The notes: generated by a model from the sequence alone, not told the origin. 64,000 nucleotides of DNA from Lama guanicoe (GCA_013239625.1 MU053379.1:2028866-2092865); one strand, 5' to 3'; numbered from the stretch's first letter, positions 25,191-37,639 are shown. Program-made: numbers and translations.

Positions 25191-27826
25191 AAGTCGATTC
25201 TAGGTCACTTTGCTTTGATCTGCCTGCTCCAAACTGTGAGCACTGTTGCTCATCTAATTACAAGACAGCACAATGGCTTCCTTAAGATATCTTTCTTGTT
25301 ATCAGTTTCTACCCTTGGTCTGTACTCTGAAAGCTCAGAGGGAGAACAAAGCACATTTTGGAAGCAAAAGGCCCTTAGTCTCTTTCATTCAAAGCTATAG
25401 AGCCCAGTGACGGGCTACGGAATGGGGAAAAATGGATGTAAGAATTCCTGTTTGTTTAGGATTAATTACACTCTTCTCTTAATTTTCATTCACATTCAGT
25501 GACAGATATTTTCCAAAAGATGGCTCCATGGTATTTGGAATCTAAGCTTTGGATGCATAAACTTAGTGATCCAACAACAAAAGCCTTAAATTCAAACCTA
25601 CCTTTAAAGGAGTTTCTGGCGTAATTAGGAGATTTTCACGTCCCTGGCGGGGGGCAGGAATCCCTGAGCACCTGTGGGATGTCCAAGCTGGCCCCTGTGG
25701 GTCAGTGCCAGATGACCCAGAGTGAAACCTCCTGAAAAAAAAGAGAGAGAGAGAAAGATTTTCAAGTGCATTGACCCAAAACCATAGATAAATGATCAAA
25801 AGATATCTAATGCATGGTAACATAAAAGGGAAAATGATTTCCCCTAGGTAACATCTTCATTTCTCCCTCAAGGAGGGGCCAGAGGTTGCCAAATACTAAG
25901 TGCAGAGTGAGCACAGCTTGTATTTTGCTAACTGAATAAGCCAGTAGTTTGTCTGTTTACTTACATATCTTCCTACAACTAGTTTTGAGTTTTCTTAGTT
26001 ATTTCATCGTTATAGACTAGATGTCAAGCTAATGTTTTATAAGTGGGTAACCACCTAATACGTCTGCTTAAACATATTTGATGTCTTTGGGGGATCCTAC
26101 TGAAACGCTTTTTTTTTCAGTTTGAGTTCTGAATATTTTTTAATTGAGCTGTAGTTGATTATTGAAGCACTTTTAATTCTCCTCCCCTGCACCCCAGGTT
26201 TTTCATGGCTTATACTCTAAAACAGGTGCAGTTCAAAGGAAATGATGGCAGGAATCACTATTATCTGGGGCAAGGAGAGCCAGTTATTCTCTCATTTTAG
26301 GATTTTGTCAGTAAAGCTTCAGCAAGGGAAGTAAGAAGCACACATGTCCCCATTCCCATTCCTATAACCATGGCAGACTTGTTAATAGATCATGATGCTC
26401 TACCGCAGTGAGCCCCATCCAAGACACAGCCGAACAGTCAGTCGTAATCAGTCAACTGATGAGCATATGAGATGAGATCTTTTTTTAGCACCAAAATTGA
26501 TAATCATGGAATAATATTTGGGGGAAAAAGAAAGATTAGGATTTGAAACGGAAAACAGAGGGAGAGCTTTAGCAGGGCTTGTCACCAAAGCCTTCTGTAA
26601 ATTACCTTCCATCTGTAGATCAATAGGACACCAAAGATGCCTTCTAAAATTTGAGATTTGGTGAGTTAACATTTTTTCAAACCACTGATTTTGAAACTAC
26701 CAGTCATTTAGAATTGAGCACTTCATTTTCAATGAAGTAAATGCATAGAGTGAACATTTTCAATATAGATTCCTGTGGGGAATTGCTACATTCAACAAGC
26801 ACTATTTTAATTACAGTTTTCCTAAGAGTATTTTTCACCCAGGCTCGTCCTCTCCAAGGGCGCTTGAGAAGGAATGGGCATGCCTTCCAATCATTTTAGG
26901 TCATCTTAAGGAGCTATGTGGTAGGTTTCCACATACATCAGCTTGTTGGTTGGTCTGAATTTCTCTGGGTCAGTAAGCAGATGTGGGAACATGAGAGATG
27001 CAGTACCTGGGTCAGACCCCAGTTCATCCATCCAAATGTTCTGTCTCTGCCGTTGGCACCAAGGGACATTTTGAGGAACAGAGCCATCCAAGAAGAGCAT
27101 GAAGTTCTGAACACCACAGGGCTATTGACCATAAATATTTCATTTCCTTTAATAAGAATTCATTACTGATACAGCTGCATGATCCCACAGGAGCAACAAA
27201 TGCAAGCTGTAGGCTCTTGCCTATGCAAAGAGGCGTCTGTCTCTCTGCAGCCACGTCTGTGGCCTCAAGACATGACACCATTAGTGGGGTCACTGTCTTT
27301 TCTACAGTAGCTGCTGGATCAGAAACATAAGCAGTGTGGATGCCATGGCTTTTTATTATTGATAAAGAAATATGTTTCTGTTTCATCAAATTACATGTCA
27401 GTGCCCTGCCAGGCCAAAAGTCTATGTAACTAATGACTGGGGTTCTTTAGTTGCAAAGAATGTCAGTTCCCTTCCAGGAGAAAAGCTTGTGGGATGATTG
27501 TTTAAAATCTTCTGCCAATCTGGACGTGAGAGAAAGAACTCTGGAGGGGAAATAAGGAGATTGTCATGGGTGTTGGATCAACTTCTGCATCATGAGAAAG
27601 GAACAAAGACAGTCTTCCAACCTGCACGCAGGACCAAGGTAGTTCTGTGCTGCTGACGGTGACTCAGGGTGCCTCACTTCTCCATAAATGCATGAAAACC
27701 AGGCCACTGAAGATTGTTGCCATTATTTTAGGGAAAATTCACCTGAATATGGATGAATTCTCTGCTGGAAAAACTAGCCTTTGTTGAAATGTAGGGGTGC
27801 AAGAGTGCAAAATTCCTAGCTCCCCC

Positions 27827-28270
27827 TGTCTTACGATGGGTTTGCCAAAAGGAGGCCCTGAGGCAAATTCAAGTACAAGTTTACTTTGGGAGATGCCCCA
27901 GATAGGGGAGACGGGAAGGGAGACAGGGACAGGAAGGCAGCCATTCAAATGAGTGTTACAAAGCCACTTGTCATTGTGGGCAACTAGAGTTTAATCCTGC
28001 TGAGAACTGTAGCAAACGGTTCAGAACATGCCTCAGTTATCTCACCCCAGTGGTGAGGGAGCTGAGGTACTTATACACCCGCCTTCCATCAGACTTTGGT
28101 TGAGGGCTTCTCCGGGGGCAAAGAGCCGGATGAATTCAGCGAATCCAGCCTGCAATTTCTGGGCCGAGCACCCTTGGAGAGAGCCCTCAGGCAAAGAAAT
28201 GCAAGCGCTGGGAGTTGCCTAGCATGAAAATGGTAGGACCCAGGCCTGTGAGCAGGACATGAATGCCTCG
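27827..28270 (-). mobile_element. ERVL LTR33/LTR16-like solo LTR
   Basis: tgtcttacgatgggtttgccaaaaggaggccctgaggca...gagggagctgaggtacttatacacc. Confidence 0.7.
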
Positions 28271-28319
28271 AGAAGCATGCGGGCCCACAGTTCTCTTTCT
28301 CCATTATTTAATAAATAAA

Positions 28320-28550
28320 AGGAGCTACCATTTGATACTTGCTTACCTGATTCTAGCTACTACATGTTTTGTAAGTATCATCACCGTGAATTCTCATAAT
28401 AACCGCATAAACTGGCATTGTTTTCATCCTCTCACTTGGCACATTAATAAATGAAGACAGGGAAAGGGTAAGGAGTTTTTCCAAGGCCACAGAACTCATG
28501 AGTGGCGAAGGAGGGCTTCAAATCCCGGTGTTCAGGCTCATAAAAGCCCA
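28320..28550 (-). mobile_element. MIR
   Basis: agctaccatttga...aattctcataataacc...ccaaggccacagaactcatgagtggcgaaggagggcttcaaatcccgg. Confidence 0.7.
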
Positions 28551-28854
28551 GCTGCCTGGGGTGAGCAAGTGCCACTGCATCAGCATTTGGCTGAAACAGC
28601 CTTTCTCAGCGACTTTGATCGGTAATCGCTTTTTGAGTAATTGTGTGATGAGCCCTGGGTGGAGGCTCTTGGTGACCACGACCTGCATTACATCCCACCT
28701 CACAGAGATGCTGGTCATGATCTTGTTTTCAGGCACCTCAACCCATTTGAGCCTGGAACTTTGTTTCTGGCTTTTGAAAGGAAGGACTTGTGCCGTTTAA
28801 AGTCAAGGGGGAAGAAAGGGTCAGCTGGCCTTTTCTAATACAGAGGAATCGACA

Positions 28855-29020
28855 TGCTAGGAAGTCAGACCCCCTAACCTTGGTGTGACCTTGGGCTGGC
28901 TACTTGCCTTCTCTGGGCCTTGGTTTACTGATCTGTAAGTTGAGGATAGTAATTCCTATCCTGTAGAAGCAATGAAAAAGTGATAAATATATATTAACAG
29001 GACTCCATAAAGATTAGTTC
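28855..29020 (+). mobile_element. MIR
   Basis: gtgtgaccttgggctggctacttgccttctctgggccttggtttactgatctgtaagttgaggatagtaat. Confidence 0.75.
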
Positions 29021-29499
29021 CTTCCTTAAATTCAAGAACTTGGAGCTGAGGGTTCCCTTGCTCCCAGCCTGATCTTTGCCCACTCTGCTGTTAACTCCTC
29101 AGTGATCAGGACTGGGCATCCTTCATCTTTTCGTAACTGGAGTTGAGTACGGTGCCCAAAGCATGGTAAGGGCTGAATAAGTATGTTTTTTGCTGTTGTT
29201 GTTTTGTTTTGTTTTTGTTTGTTTGTTTTTGCACAGTTTTGGTTTGTTCATAAAATTTTCAAATGTTGTTAACAGTCCTTAGAATGGGACACAAATTCCA
29301 GTGATGACCTCTTAGCAGCCTGCACCCTTCTGGTACCATCACTGTCCCCTTTCTACCTTGTGCTCCTGTGTCCTGCTTAGCCTCATTGAGCATAGGAGGA
29401 GGCCACTGAAATGTCTGAAACTTCTCAAGTTGTGAATATATCCATGTTCACACAGATTTGTTTTCTGGATAATTTTGCCCAGGGGCCTTCCATTATGAT

Positions 29500-29700
29500 A
29501 AACATGTTCATTTGAGCAACAAACGCTTATTTAGCAACTGTGCTGTTGCAGGCACTTGGCTCAGCACAGGGAATACAGAGAATATATTTCCTCTGACCTA
29601 AACTGCCCTCCCCCAGTCCAGTGGAGGAGACAGAAGAAACCAAAAATTGCTGCAAGACAAGGCCTCATGTGCAGATGCTGTGGGGATGCTGAGAACATAT
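29500..29700 (-). mobile_element. L2 3'-end fragment
   Basis: ttcatttgagcaacaaacgcttatttagcaactgtgctgttgcaggcact. Confidence 0.6.
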
Positions 29701-29709
29701 TTGTTCTTG

Positions 29710-30107
29710 CATTGCTCAGGGTGGGTTTGGATATGCTGGGTAACAAACAGCCCCAAATCTCAATGGCTAAGAATACAAATGCTATTTATTACCTATGCTA
29801 CATGCCCTGAGTGTGCATATTAGGGAGTGGGATTCTGACATCAGTCAGTCAGGGACCCAGGCTGATGGAAGATTCATCCTGATAGATGTTTCCATGAACA
29901 CTGAGACAAGAAAACGTAAGGTAGTGAGTCAGACCCTGGCTATGAAAGTCCACTCGGAAGTGTGACCCATGTTGTTTCACTTACATTTCATTAACCAAAC
30001 AAGCTGCCTGGCCCCACCTAACCACGCAGGGGACTGAGAAGTGTGCTCCTTCCAGGTCTCAGAGCAAAGGGACATGGGCTATTTGTCAACAACCTGAAAG
30101 ACCACAT
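29710..30107 (-). mobile_element. MaLR MLT1(J/K/L)-type solo LTR
   Basis: ggtaacaaacagccccaaatctcaatggctaa...tcagggacccaggctgatgga...cacttacatttcattaaccaaacaag...ccccacctaaccac. Confidence 0.75.
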
Positions 30108-31439
30108 GAGTTAGAGTCTAGTTGTTGGGGGTTTTGCTGAACTGTCCCTCCCAGCATCATTTCTCAGCTAATAATTCTGTCTTGAGTTTACACAAAAGCC
30201 GTGTCCTGGGAGAAAGGCTTTCCGAGTTCATTCACTTGGTGTTGATCACTCTTTCATGGACCCGGACCTGGTGGGTGCCTCCCACAGAGAGAGAAAGGAT
30301 GGAGTTCCTGCCCTCTAGGAGCTCACAGGGTGGTTGAGTCTGAGGTATGCGTGGGCAGCAGAAGACTGCAGTTTGGTTGGAAAGTCACTGGGTGCTCACA
30401 TAGTATAATAGGGCCCTGAAAAGAGGGTTGGGTCAGCTCCGTGGGAGGCTGAGTGTTACCGTACCCGGCAGACTGGGTTTTCTCCATGTTCACCGTTCAC
30501 TCCAGAGGAGGAGGGAGCAGCAGTTTATGGGGTGGAGGGAGGGAAGGTCGGGGGAGCATCAGGGCAGATGAAAGCACCTCAGCCAGAATCAGGATGTCAC
30601 CCATTGCTGCAGGGGATCAGTTGGGCGATGTCAGGACCCTAGTTCTTGGGGCAATCCCCAAGAGTCCAATCAGTCAAGATACGCTAGCTATTTTGTGCTG
30701 AGAAACCCCTGGGATGAGACAGGGGCATCGTGATGGCTGCAGCGGCCCAGATTCCCTTCTCTCAGACATTCTCAGGGAGCCAGGCCTCTTGAGACGTTCT
30801 GATCTTCATCTGGTGCAACTCCATTTGATCAATCTGAGATCGGTATGTCTAAAGATGCCACGAAAGTCCCCACTGCCTCTTTTTTTTTTTCCCCAAAGAG
30901 AACAGAAAATACTCTCCATCCCCTTCAAACCGCCATTTAGACTCATCAAACTCAGGCCTCAGGGAGGCAGCCAGGAGAGAGAAGCCGGGCGCTGATTGCA
31001 GTTGCTGCGGTAAGGGGAACCGCTCCCTCCGGGCTCTGTGGTTTCCATGGGAACAGCACTGCTCGCCTTTGCCTCCCCCACCCCCAACTCCCCGGGGCTG
31101 GCTAGATGTACAGAAAGGAAAATTGGGGGAGCGGAAGAGAGGAGCAGAAAGAGACTTTGAGGATTTTGAAGGTATTTGGGGGAATGCTCAGCCAGATGTG
31201 TGGCTGTTCCCAGCGTGGCACGTGGACCACGTGGCCCCCAACAGCCTGAACACGGGAAGCACTTACCTAGATGCTGACGCTGTGATGCAGCAACTTTGGA
31301 CTAAACATCATCCTGGAGAAACAGACGCCAACGCAAGGCAGGCAGGAGCTGGTGACAGGTGGATTTTACCACCACCACTGGAAGGAACGTGTCCTGGGCC
31401 CCCTGCCGGACCAGCATCCCACTATGGTTATAATGATGA

Positions 31440-31620
31440 GCAATAGCGGGAGGGACCCAGGAAGCACGGCGGGAGATGTTTCCCGTGCAGTGTGTACTCT
31501 CCCCAGCAGCCCTGCAGGATGCACCCACACACCCAGCTCACAGATGAAGGAGATGGGCTCTGAGAGGGGACAGGGTAATCATGAGCAGTAGAGGTGGGAT
31601 CCAGACCTGGGCCGACTCCT
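31440..31620 (-). mobile_element. MIR fragment
   Basis: cccagctcacagatgaaggagatgggctctgagagg...gtagaggtgggatccagacctggg. Confidence 0.55.
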
Positions 31621-31938
31621 CCTGGGGGCTCTTATGTAAAATCTAACTGACAGCCCCAGGAAAATGTTACCTTCCCAATGATGGGTGAGCATCCTAGCTC
31701 AAGCCTTGATTAACCAATGCCTCTGGTTATTCAGGATTTGGGTGCAAGAAAGCACAGCCAAGCAGAGGGTGGCTGGGATGGCATCAGCTCCGCCGTCAGC
31801 TCTGCAGGAGGCATGGAAGGCTCCACTCAGGTTTATAGATGAGAAGACTGAGACCAGGAAGCTCTGGGCAGGGCCTTCCAGTCCAGCGGGCCAGCCTGTC
31901 TCTGTACGCTGATCGTGGCCAGCTCCAGCTGCTCTGTC

Positions 31939-32386
31939 TTTATTTTTCAGTTGAAGTAGAATTGACTTACAGTGTTGTGTTAGTTTCTGGTGTACAGCAT
32001 AGTGATTTCATATTCTTTTTCATTATAGGTTATCTCAAGATACTGTCTGTAGTTCCCTGCGCTGTCCAGTAGGGCCTTGTTGTTTATCTATTCTGTATAC
32101 AGTAGTTTGTATCTGCTAGTCTCGAACTCCCAGTTTAGCCCTCACCAGATGCCCTGGCCTTTTCCCTTTGGTAACCATAAGTTTGTTTTCTATGTCTGTG
32201 GCTCTCTTTCTGTTTTGTAAGTAAGTTCATTTGTGTCATTTTTTTAAGATTCAACACATAAATGATATCATATGGTATTTTTCTTTCTCTTCTTACTTCA
32301 TTTAGAATGACCATCTCCAGGGACATCCATGGTGCAGCAAATGGCATTATTTTATTCTTTTTTATGGCTGAGTAATATTCCATTAC

Positions 32387-32424
<38 letters not shown>

Positions 32425-32642
32425 GCACACACACACACACATACATACACACACACACGCACATTTTCTTTATCCAGTCATCTGTCCATGGACATTTAGG
32501 TCGCTTCCATGTCTTGGCTATTGTAAATTGTAAATTGTAAATAGTTCTGTGAACACTGGGGTACATGCATCTTTTCAAATTCATTTTCTCTGGGTGTATG
32601 TCCAAGAGTGGGATTGCTGGATCACAGGGAACCTCTGGTTTT
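31939..32642 (-). mobile_element. 5'-truncated L1 3' end
   Basis: Minus-strand ORF2 remnant FTIAKTWKRPKCPWTDDWIKKM...MEYYSAIKKNKIMPFAAPWMSLEMVILNEV plus 3' UTR. Possible TSD AGCTCCAGCTGC (31921-31932) / AGCTCCGCTGC (32643-32653). Confidence 0.95.
32387..32463. repeat. Compound (AT)n(AC)n microsatellite inside L1
   Basis: atatat...atacacacac...gcacac...atacatacacac. Confidence 0.95.
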
Positions 32643-33432
32643 AGCTCCGCTGCAGGTTCTGAGAGCGCCGTTTCCCAGGGGTGTTTGGGTGCAGAGTCTG
32701 TGTCACCCTGGCCGGGGGGGTTGCTTGGCCTCAGAAAGCAAACTCAGCCGCTGCTGGTGGCTCTTCCTGAACCGCTGGGCCAGCTGGGTCAGGCCGACCT
32801 GCTCCATCCCCAGTCAATGTTCTGAGTCTCGTATCTCAGAGCTCTTCCTCCTGCTGACACTTATTAGATGCCTGCTGTATGCACCGGCCGTACTCATTGC
32901 GTGGACTCGAGGGAGCAGTGAGGAAGAACCACAGGCACTTTCAGATGGGCCAACAGGCAAACTGCGGCCCAGAGATGAAGTGACACGTCCCCAGAGCCGC
33001 ACCACGGGCGCCTGGAGTTGAGCGTCCCGGCTCCAGATGCCCGACGGAGGCCCCTTTCCTGGGCCCCAGGATGACCCCTTCCTTAGGAAGATGAAACACA
33101 ATCATACCGAACTGCTTTAGCACCACAGCGAAGCAGTACATGGGTTGGTACTGTGTGTGCTGACAACAGGGGGCTGATAAGTGAGGCGTGTGAGGGGCCT
33201 CCCTCCCCTGGAACGAAGCTGCTGCCCCAGTGGGTCTCTGGTGACAGGGCTGTTCCCGAGTCACGTCCTCCGCGGCCGGGGGCGTCTGCTACTGCCCTTC
33301 GCGGAGGAGCCAGACAGGCTTCTAACTGGATGGAATCACTGCTTTGTGAGAGCCGGCGTCGCAGCGCGGCAACTCTGCTGGAAGCCGACCTCTGGGCCCT
33401 CCCGTGCCGACCCAGGACGCGGGTCCCCACAG

Positions 33433-33496
33433 CACAGGCCTGGGCACAGGGGGCCTGCTGCCCCCACAGGCCTGGGCACAGGGGGCCTGCTGCCCC
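33433..33496. repeat. Perfect 32-bp tandem duplication
   Basis: CACAGGCCTGGGCACAGGGGGCCTGCTGCCCC x2. Confidence 0.95.
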
Positions 33497-36400
33497 CTCC
33501 ACCCCATGCCCCGCGGCTGTGTGCTGACGCCAGTTACGCTGAGCAGGTGACGGTCCCTCGTTCCTCTTCAGAGAGACGTCACGCACCTCCTGTTTTCACT
33601 TCCTGCCCAGGGGAGTCTGGAGACCTCAGGGGTGGGGGACACAGGCTGCAGCAGACACTGCGCCGGCCACACAGGGATCACCACGCCAGGACTGCCAGTG
33701 GTTTCCCGAGGCACCTGTGACTCTGTCTAGGGCCTTGTCTGGTCCCAGGAACACGTTCGACTCAGCTGGTACAGAGCTGAGCAGGGTCCGCCTTGAGGTG
33801 TTTAGGACCACGGGCAGCCCTGAGGCTGTCCTGCAGCCTCTCCCAGAGGGGCCCCGGCAAGGCCGACCGCGTGTGCACGCCTTCCCTTCCTCACCTCACC
33901 TCCCACCCTCTGGGATCACCGCCCACCCAAACGGCCGGCGTTCAGACCCTGGTCTGGGGCCCATCCCGGAAGGCCCTGGTTGCAGACAGGGACACGTGGG
34001 ACCTGTGAAAGGAGGCTCATCTCTTGGAGGGCAAGGGAAGAGGGCCTCAGCTCGGTTTTTAAAAGAAATCTCTTCTTATGTTTTTTGTTTTTTTGTTTTT
34101 TTGACAAAGATGGTGCATCTCTCAGAGGGGGATGAGGTGTGTGCGTTCTCTGCAGGCTGTGCATTAGCTCTTTGGAATCCCTGTCACTGTTTTATCATCA
34201 GCCCAACACGTGTTCTCACAGAGGGGCTGTAATGAAAGGGCAGGCGGGTTGGGCCCCGCAGGGTGGCTTCCTGGGCGTGCTTCTCCTGGTCCTTCTTTCC
34301 GCGTGGCTGCGAGCCGCCAAGTGAGACTGTTGTCGTTCTGGGAGCAAGCCAGTTTGAAAGCATGTAACTGACTGCTTTCTGTCCGCCTCCCCCACCTGCC
34401 CACCGGCCCCCGTCACACCCACCCTTCGTCCCAGCCGCTGAGCGGGCACGTTCAGCTTAGTGAGAGGGTCCCACCGGGCCGGCTGCTCTGCTCCCAGCCC
34501 CCAGCCCCAGGGCCACCGCGCTGGAATCCTCCCATAGAGGACCGGTGTCTCTCATGACCAGTCGTGGGAAACTGGGAGTTTCCAGCTGGTGATGGATCAG
34601 AGACCAGGCCATGAAGGGCAGATCAAGATGGGGTCACTGCCAAGCCCTCCATCCCCCAGAGAGAAAGAGAGCGGAGGGTCCCTGAGCAGGGAGGAAGGAG
34701 GAGCCTGAAGGAGAGAACCAGGGTCGTGATCCCCGTCCCCGTCCCCGTCCTCAGAGAGCGCTTGGCCAGGACGCTGGACAGCGCTCAGCCCTCCCGGAGC
34801 CAGCACTGGGCTCTGTGGGTCCTTCCCCATCCAGGGGCACAGCCCCCAACCTGGTCTCCTCCAAGAACCCCAGCCAGGTCCCAGGTTTGTCTGGAGGACC
34901 TCACCTTAGATGAGACCCCTCTCACCAAAACTCAACGCCCAGAGGATCCATCTAGTCATGGTCATTCCACTCCTGCACCCACTGCTGAGTGAACAGGGGA
35001 TTTGAAAATCAAAAGGCCTGATTTTTAAAATCAAAACATAAGTGTATCACTTACTGACAAGGTACCTTTGATCAAACCATTCCTGCAGGCCCTGGCAGAG
35101 AGGTGGGGAGGATGGAGCCAGCATAGCGGGGGTGCACCGTGGCCTTCACTCCCTGCACCTGCTGCGCTCAGTCTCATCTTTTGCCCAAAGCCACATCACT
35201 CTTCCCAGAGGCAGTGGGAGGGGCGGGAAGGAAGGAAGTAGCCGGCTTCCGCGCATCAGTGACAGAGCCCACCTCAGTGCCCACCTCACTCCCCCCACCA
35301 CCGCTGATGTAAGCAGTCCCCACACGGGATTGTTCTAGGCGGTGCCCCTCCCAGGGCAGACCATGGCTTCGGCTCTCCCAGGACGATGGCTGCCCTGGTC
35401 ACTACAGTAACTTGGCATGCCACCCCGTCTCCACTTCCAGGGCCGGGAGGGCCGTAGAATGCTCATGTTGACCCCCGAACAGGCCAGCGCTGAGAAGCCC
35501 CGTGGCAGCTGCACAGAGAAATGCAAAGGAAAAACCGGCCCACCTGCTTCCCTCTGGTGTGTGGGGCAGAACGTAGATCAGATCAGGCCCCCTTGGAGGA
35601 AGCCCCCAGAAGGAGGAGGGCAGCTGGTGGAGCAAAATTGGAAACAGACCCCAGGTGCTGGAATGCTGGCAGTGAGGGCATCCCTGGCCTGGTCCACTGG
35701 GCGTGTGGCCCGAGCTGTGAGCCCTCTAGTACAGTGTCCAGTCCTGCTGCCCAATGGATTCCAGGTTCACAAAGTGGGAGTAGCCACTTCCTGGGAGGGT
35801 CAGGGGGAGAGTGGGTGCGAAGTGCAGGGCCGGGGCCAGCGCCGGCCAGGAGCCGAGCTCAGCGGGGGCGCCGTTGACAACTCAGCGCCCATCTGTCGCC
35901 CGTCCTGCGGTCAGCCTTGCCTCGCCCATCTCAGCCCGTCAGCAGCAGCCCATCCCAAGGGCACTGACAGTTCCTGCACATGAAAGGCGCATCAGGAGAG
36001 AGGTGGGCAAAGCCGTGGGCCGCCCTTGTTGTTCTTCAGAACCACGAGTTGGGGCACTGGGTCAGGCAGGTCCAGGCGCACGTGGGGGCCGGACGGCGCC
36101 GGGAAGTCTGGGGCTCTGAGTGCCCGCGGGCTGAGGTCAGGCCAGCCCTGCAGAGGCCATCAGCGTCCTGGGTTTGGAAAGTAGACAGAAAGGGACATTT
36201 CTCGTGGTTTCTGCGCAGTACCTGACTTCCAGGGGAGGGGAGGGAAATGTGATAAAGAAGTGAGGGCAGGGAGAGGGTTGTAAGAGGCGACTCACGGCCC
36301 AAGGCCCCAGGCCCAGGCGGGGCACAGGGCAGGGAAAGGAGGGAGGGTTTAGAGCGGGGACCCTCACCCTGTGTGTGCACGGACCCCTTGGTCATCCGTG

Positions 36401-36789
36401 AAGCCTACAGACCTCTGCTCAGGAAAACGTTTCAGTGTTTGCAAGGAGACGTGTGAGGTTACAGAAGGAAACTGACGGGTTGAAGTGGCGTTGCCGCAGT
36501 GTAAGCAGACAGACTTGCGTGGCAGGAGCTCACGTGTTTCCTCGCAAACCCTTTGTCACAAGTGGGCATCTCAGCGCCACCCGAATGATGAAGCATTGAG
36601 TGACAGCAGGGGGGATGGCAGGACGGCGGATCCTGGAAATGTCTGCTGGGGCTGTGGCTTCTAACGTGAAACACTGAATTCCAGGTCGAGCTTTGTGAAC
36701 ACAAAGGTGTAACATTTTCTCATCCAAGTTCGTGGACCCCGTATTAGAACAAGGATGGCAGTGCCGTCCAGCACTGAAAATGTCACCTG

Positions 36790-36821
36790 TACTGAGCTGC
36801 TTTTCTCTCTCCGTTCTGTAG
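36790..36821 (+). promoter_or_regulatory. Branch point, polypyrimidine tract and 3' splice site of the SLC24A3 exon
   Basis: TACTGAG (candidate branch A at 36795), then ctgcttttctctctccgttctgtAG. Confidence 0.7.
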
Positions 36822-36898
36822 CCCTGCACGAATTCCCCAATGACATCTTCACCAACGAGGACCGGAGACAGGGAGCGGTAGTCCTGCACGTGCTCTGT
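36822..36898 (+). CDS. SLC24A3: Internal coding exon (77 bp, phase 1 to phase 0) of K+-dependent Na+/Ca2+ exchanger NCKX3, probably exon 3
   Basis: Translates (A)LHEFPNDIFTNEDRRQGAVVLHVLC, matching the recalled NCKX3 segment just before the first core transmembrane helix (the NCKX4 paralogue reads AIHEFPTDLFSNKERQHGAVLLHIL). Acceptor ttttctctctccgttctgtAG ends at 36821. Donor GTGAGT starts at 36899. Confidence 0.95.
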
Positions 36899-37099
36899 GT
36901 GAGTACCCGTCTCGTGGCCCTGGCGGGGGGGCGGGGGGGCGGGGAGGGGCCCGCAGGGGGTCTCCCCGCTCCTGTTCACACGCCTGGTGGGGGGCCACCT
37001 CCAAGTGTACCGGCGCAGCCCTGGGGGCCCGTGTGTATTCTTTCCTTAGTATCGTGCTCAGAGCCTGGGCTCCAAGGTCAAACAGACTTGCTCCCCCTT

Positions 37100-37355
37100 C
37101 TCGACCCTGCTCTCTCTGCTGAAATGCCACCTGCGTGGGGAGTCTTTCTAAAATGCCACTGTCTGTCCCCTTCCCTGGCTTTCTCTTTCTCCACCGCACT
37201 GAACACCGTGTATGTGACGTGTTAACAGCTGTTTCCTCGGTGTTTACTGTTCTCACATGAGAACAAGGATGTTGTCTTGTGCGTGGCCTCATTCCCAGAC
37301 CCATTCCTGGCGCGCGGTGGGGCCAAGGTATTTGTTAAATTCGTGGATTAAATGT
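37100..37355 (+). mobile_element. L2 3' end
   Basis: ctgctgaaatgccacctgc...catgagaacaaggatgttgtcttg...attcccaga...cctggcgcgcggtggggcc...tatttgttaaatt. Confidence 0.65.
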
Positions 37356-37639
37356 AATGACACTGGCGCCACGGCTGACACAGAGTAGGTGGTCAGTAAA
37401 ACTTGGTTCCGGCTCTGCGTGTCCACCGTGGCCGCAGCGCTTCCTCTGCAGGCCCCGTGGATCGAAGGCCTTTGCTCTTCCTTGTCCCCGTGTGGAGCGT
37501 TGGGGAGGGCGTGTGTGTGAAGTTGTTTCTAAGGAGTGGCGGCGGAACGAGGAGGCCCAGGGCAAATTCTCGGCGAGGCACGTCACGGTGCTTTCCCATC
37601 CCGTGGCGTTCACTCTCCCCCGGCATGCTCTTAATTCCA

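Noticed and set aside
36755..37225. 156-aa ORF as a complete gene
   Set aside because: Only 36822-36898 resembles NCKX3 and is bounded by splice sites. The rest is intronic read-through into G-runs and an L2 fragment.
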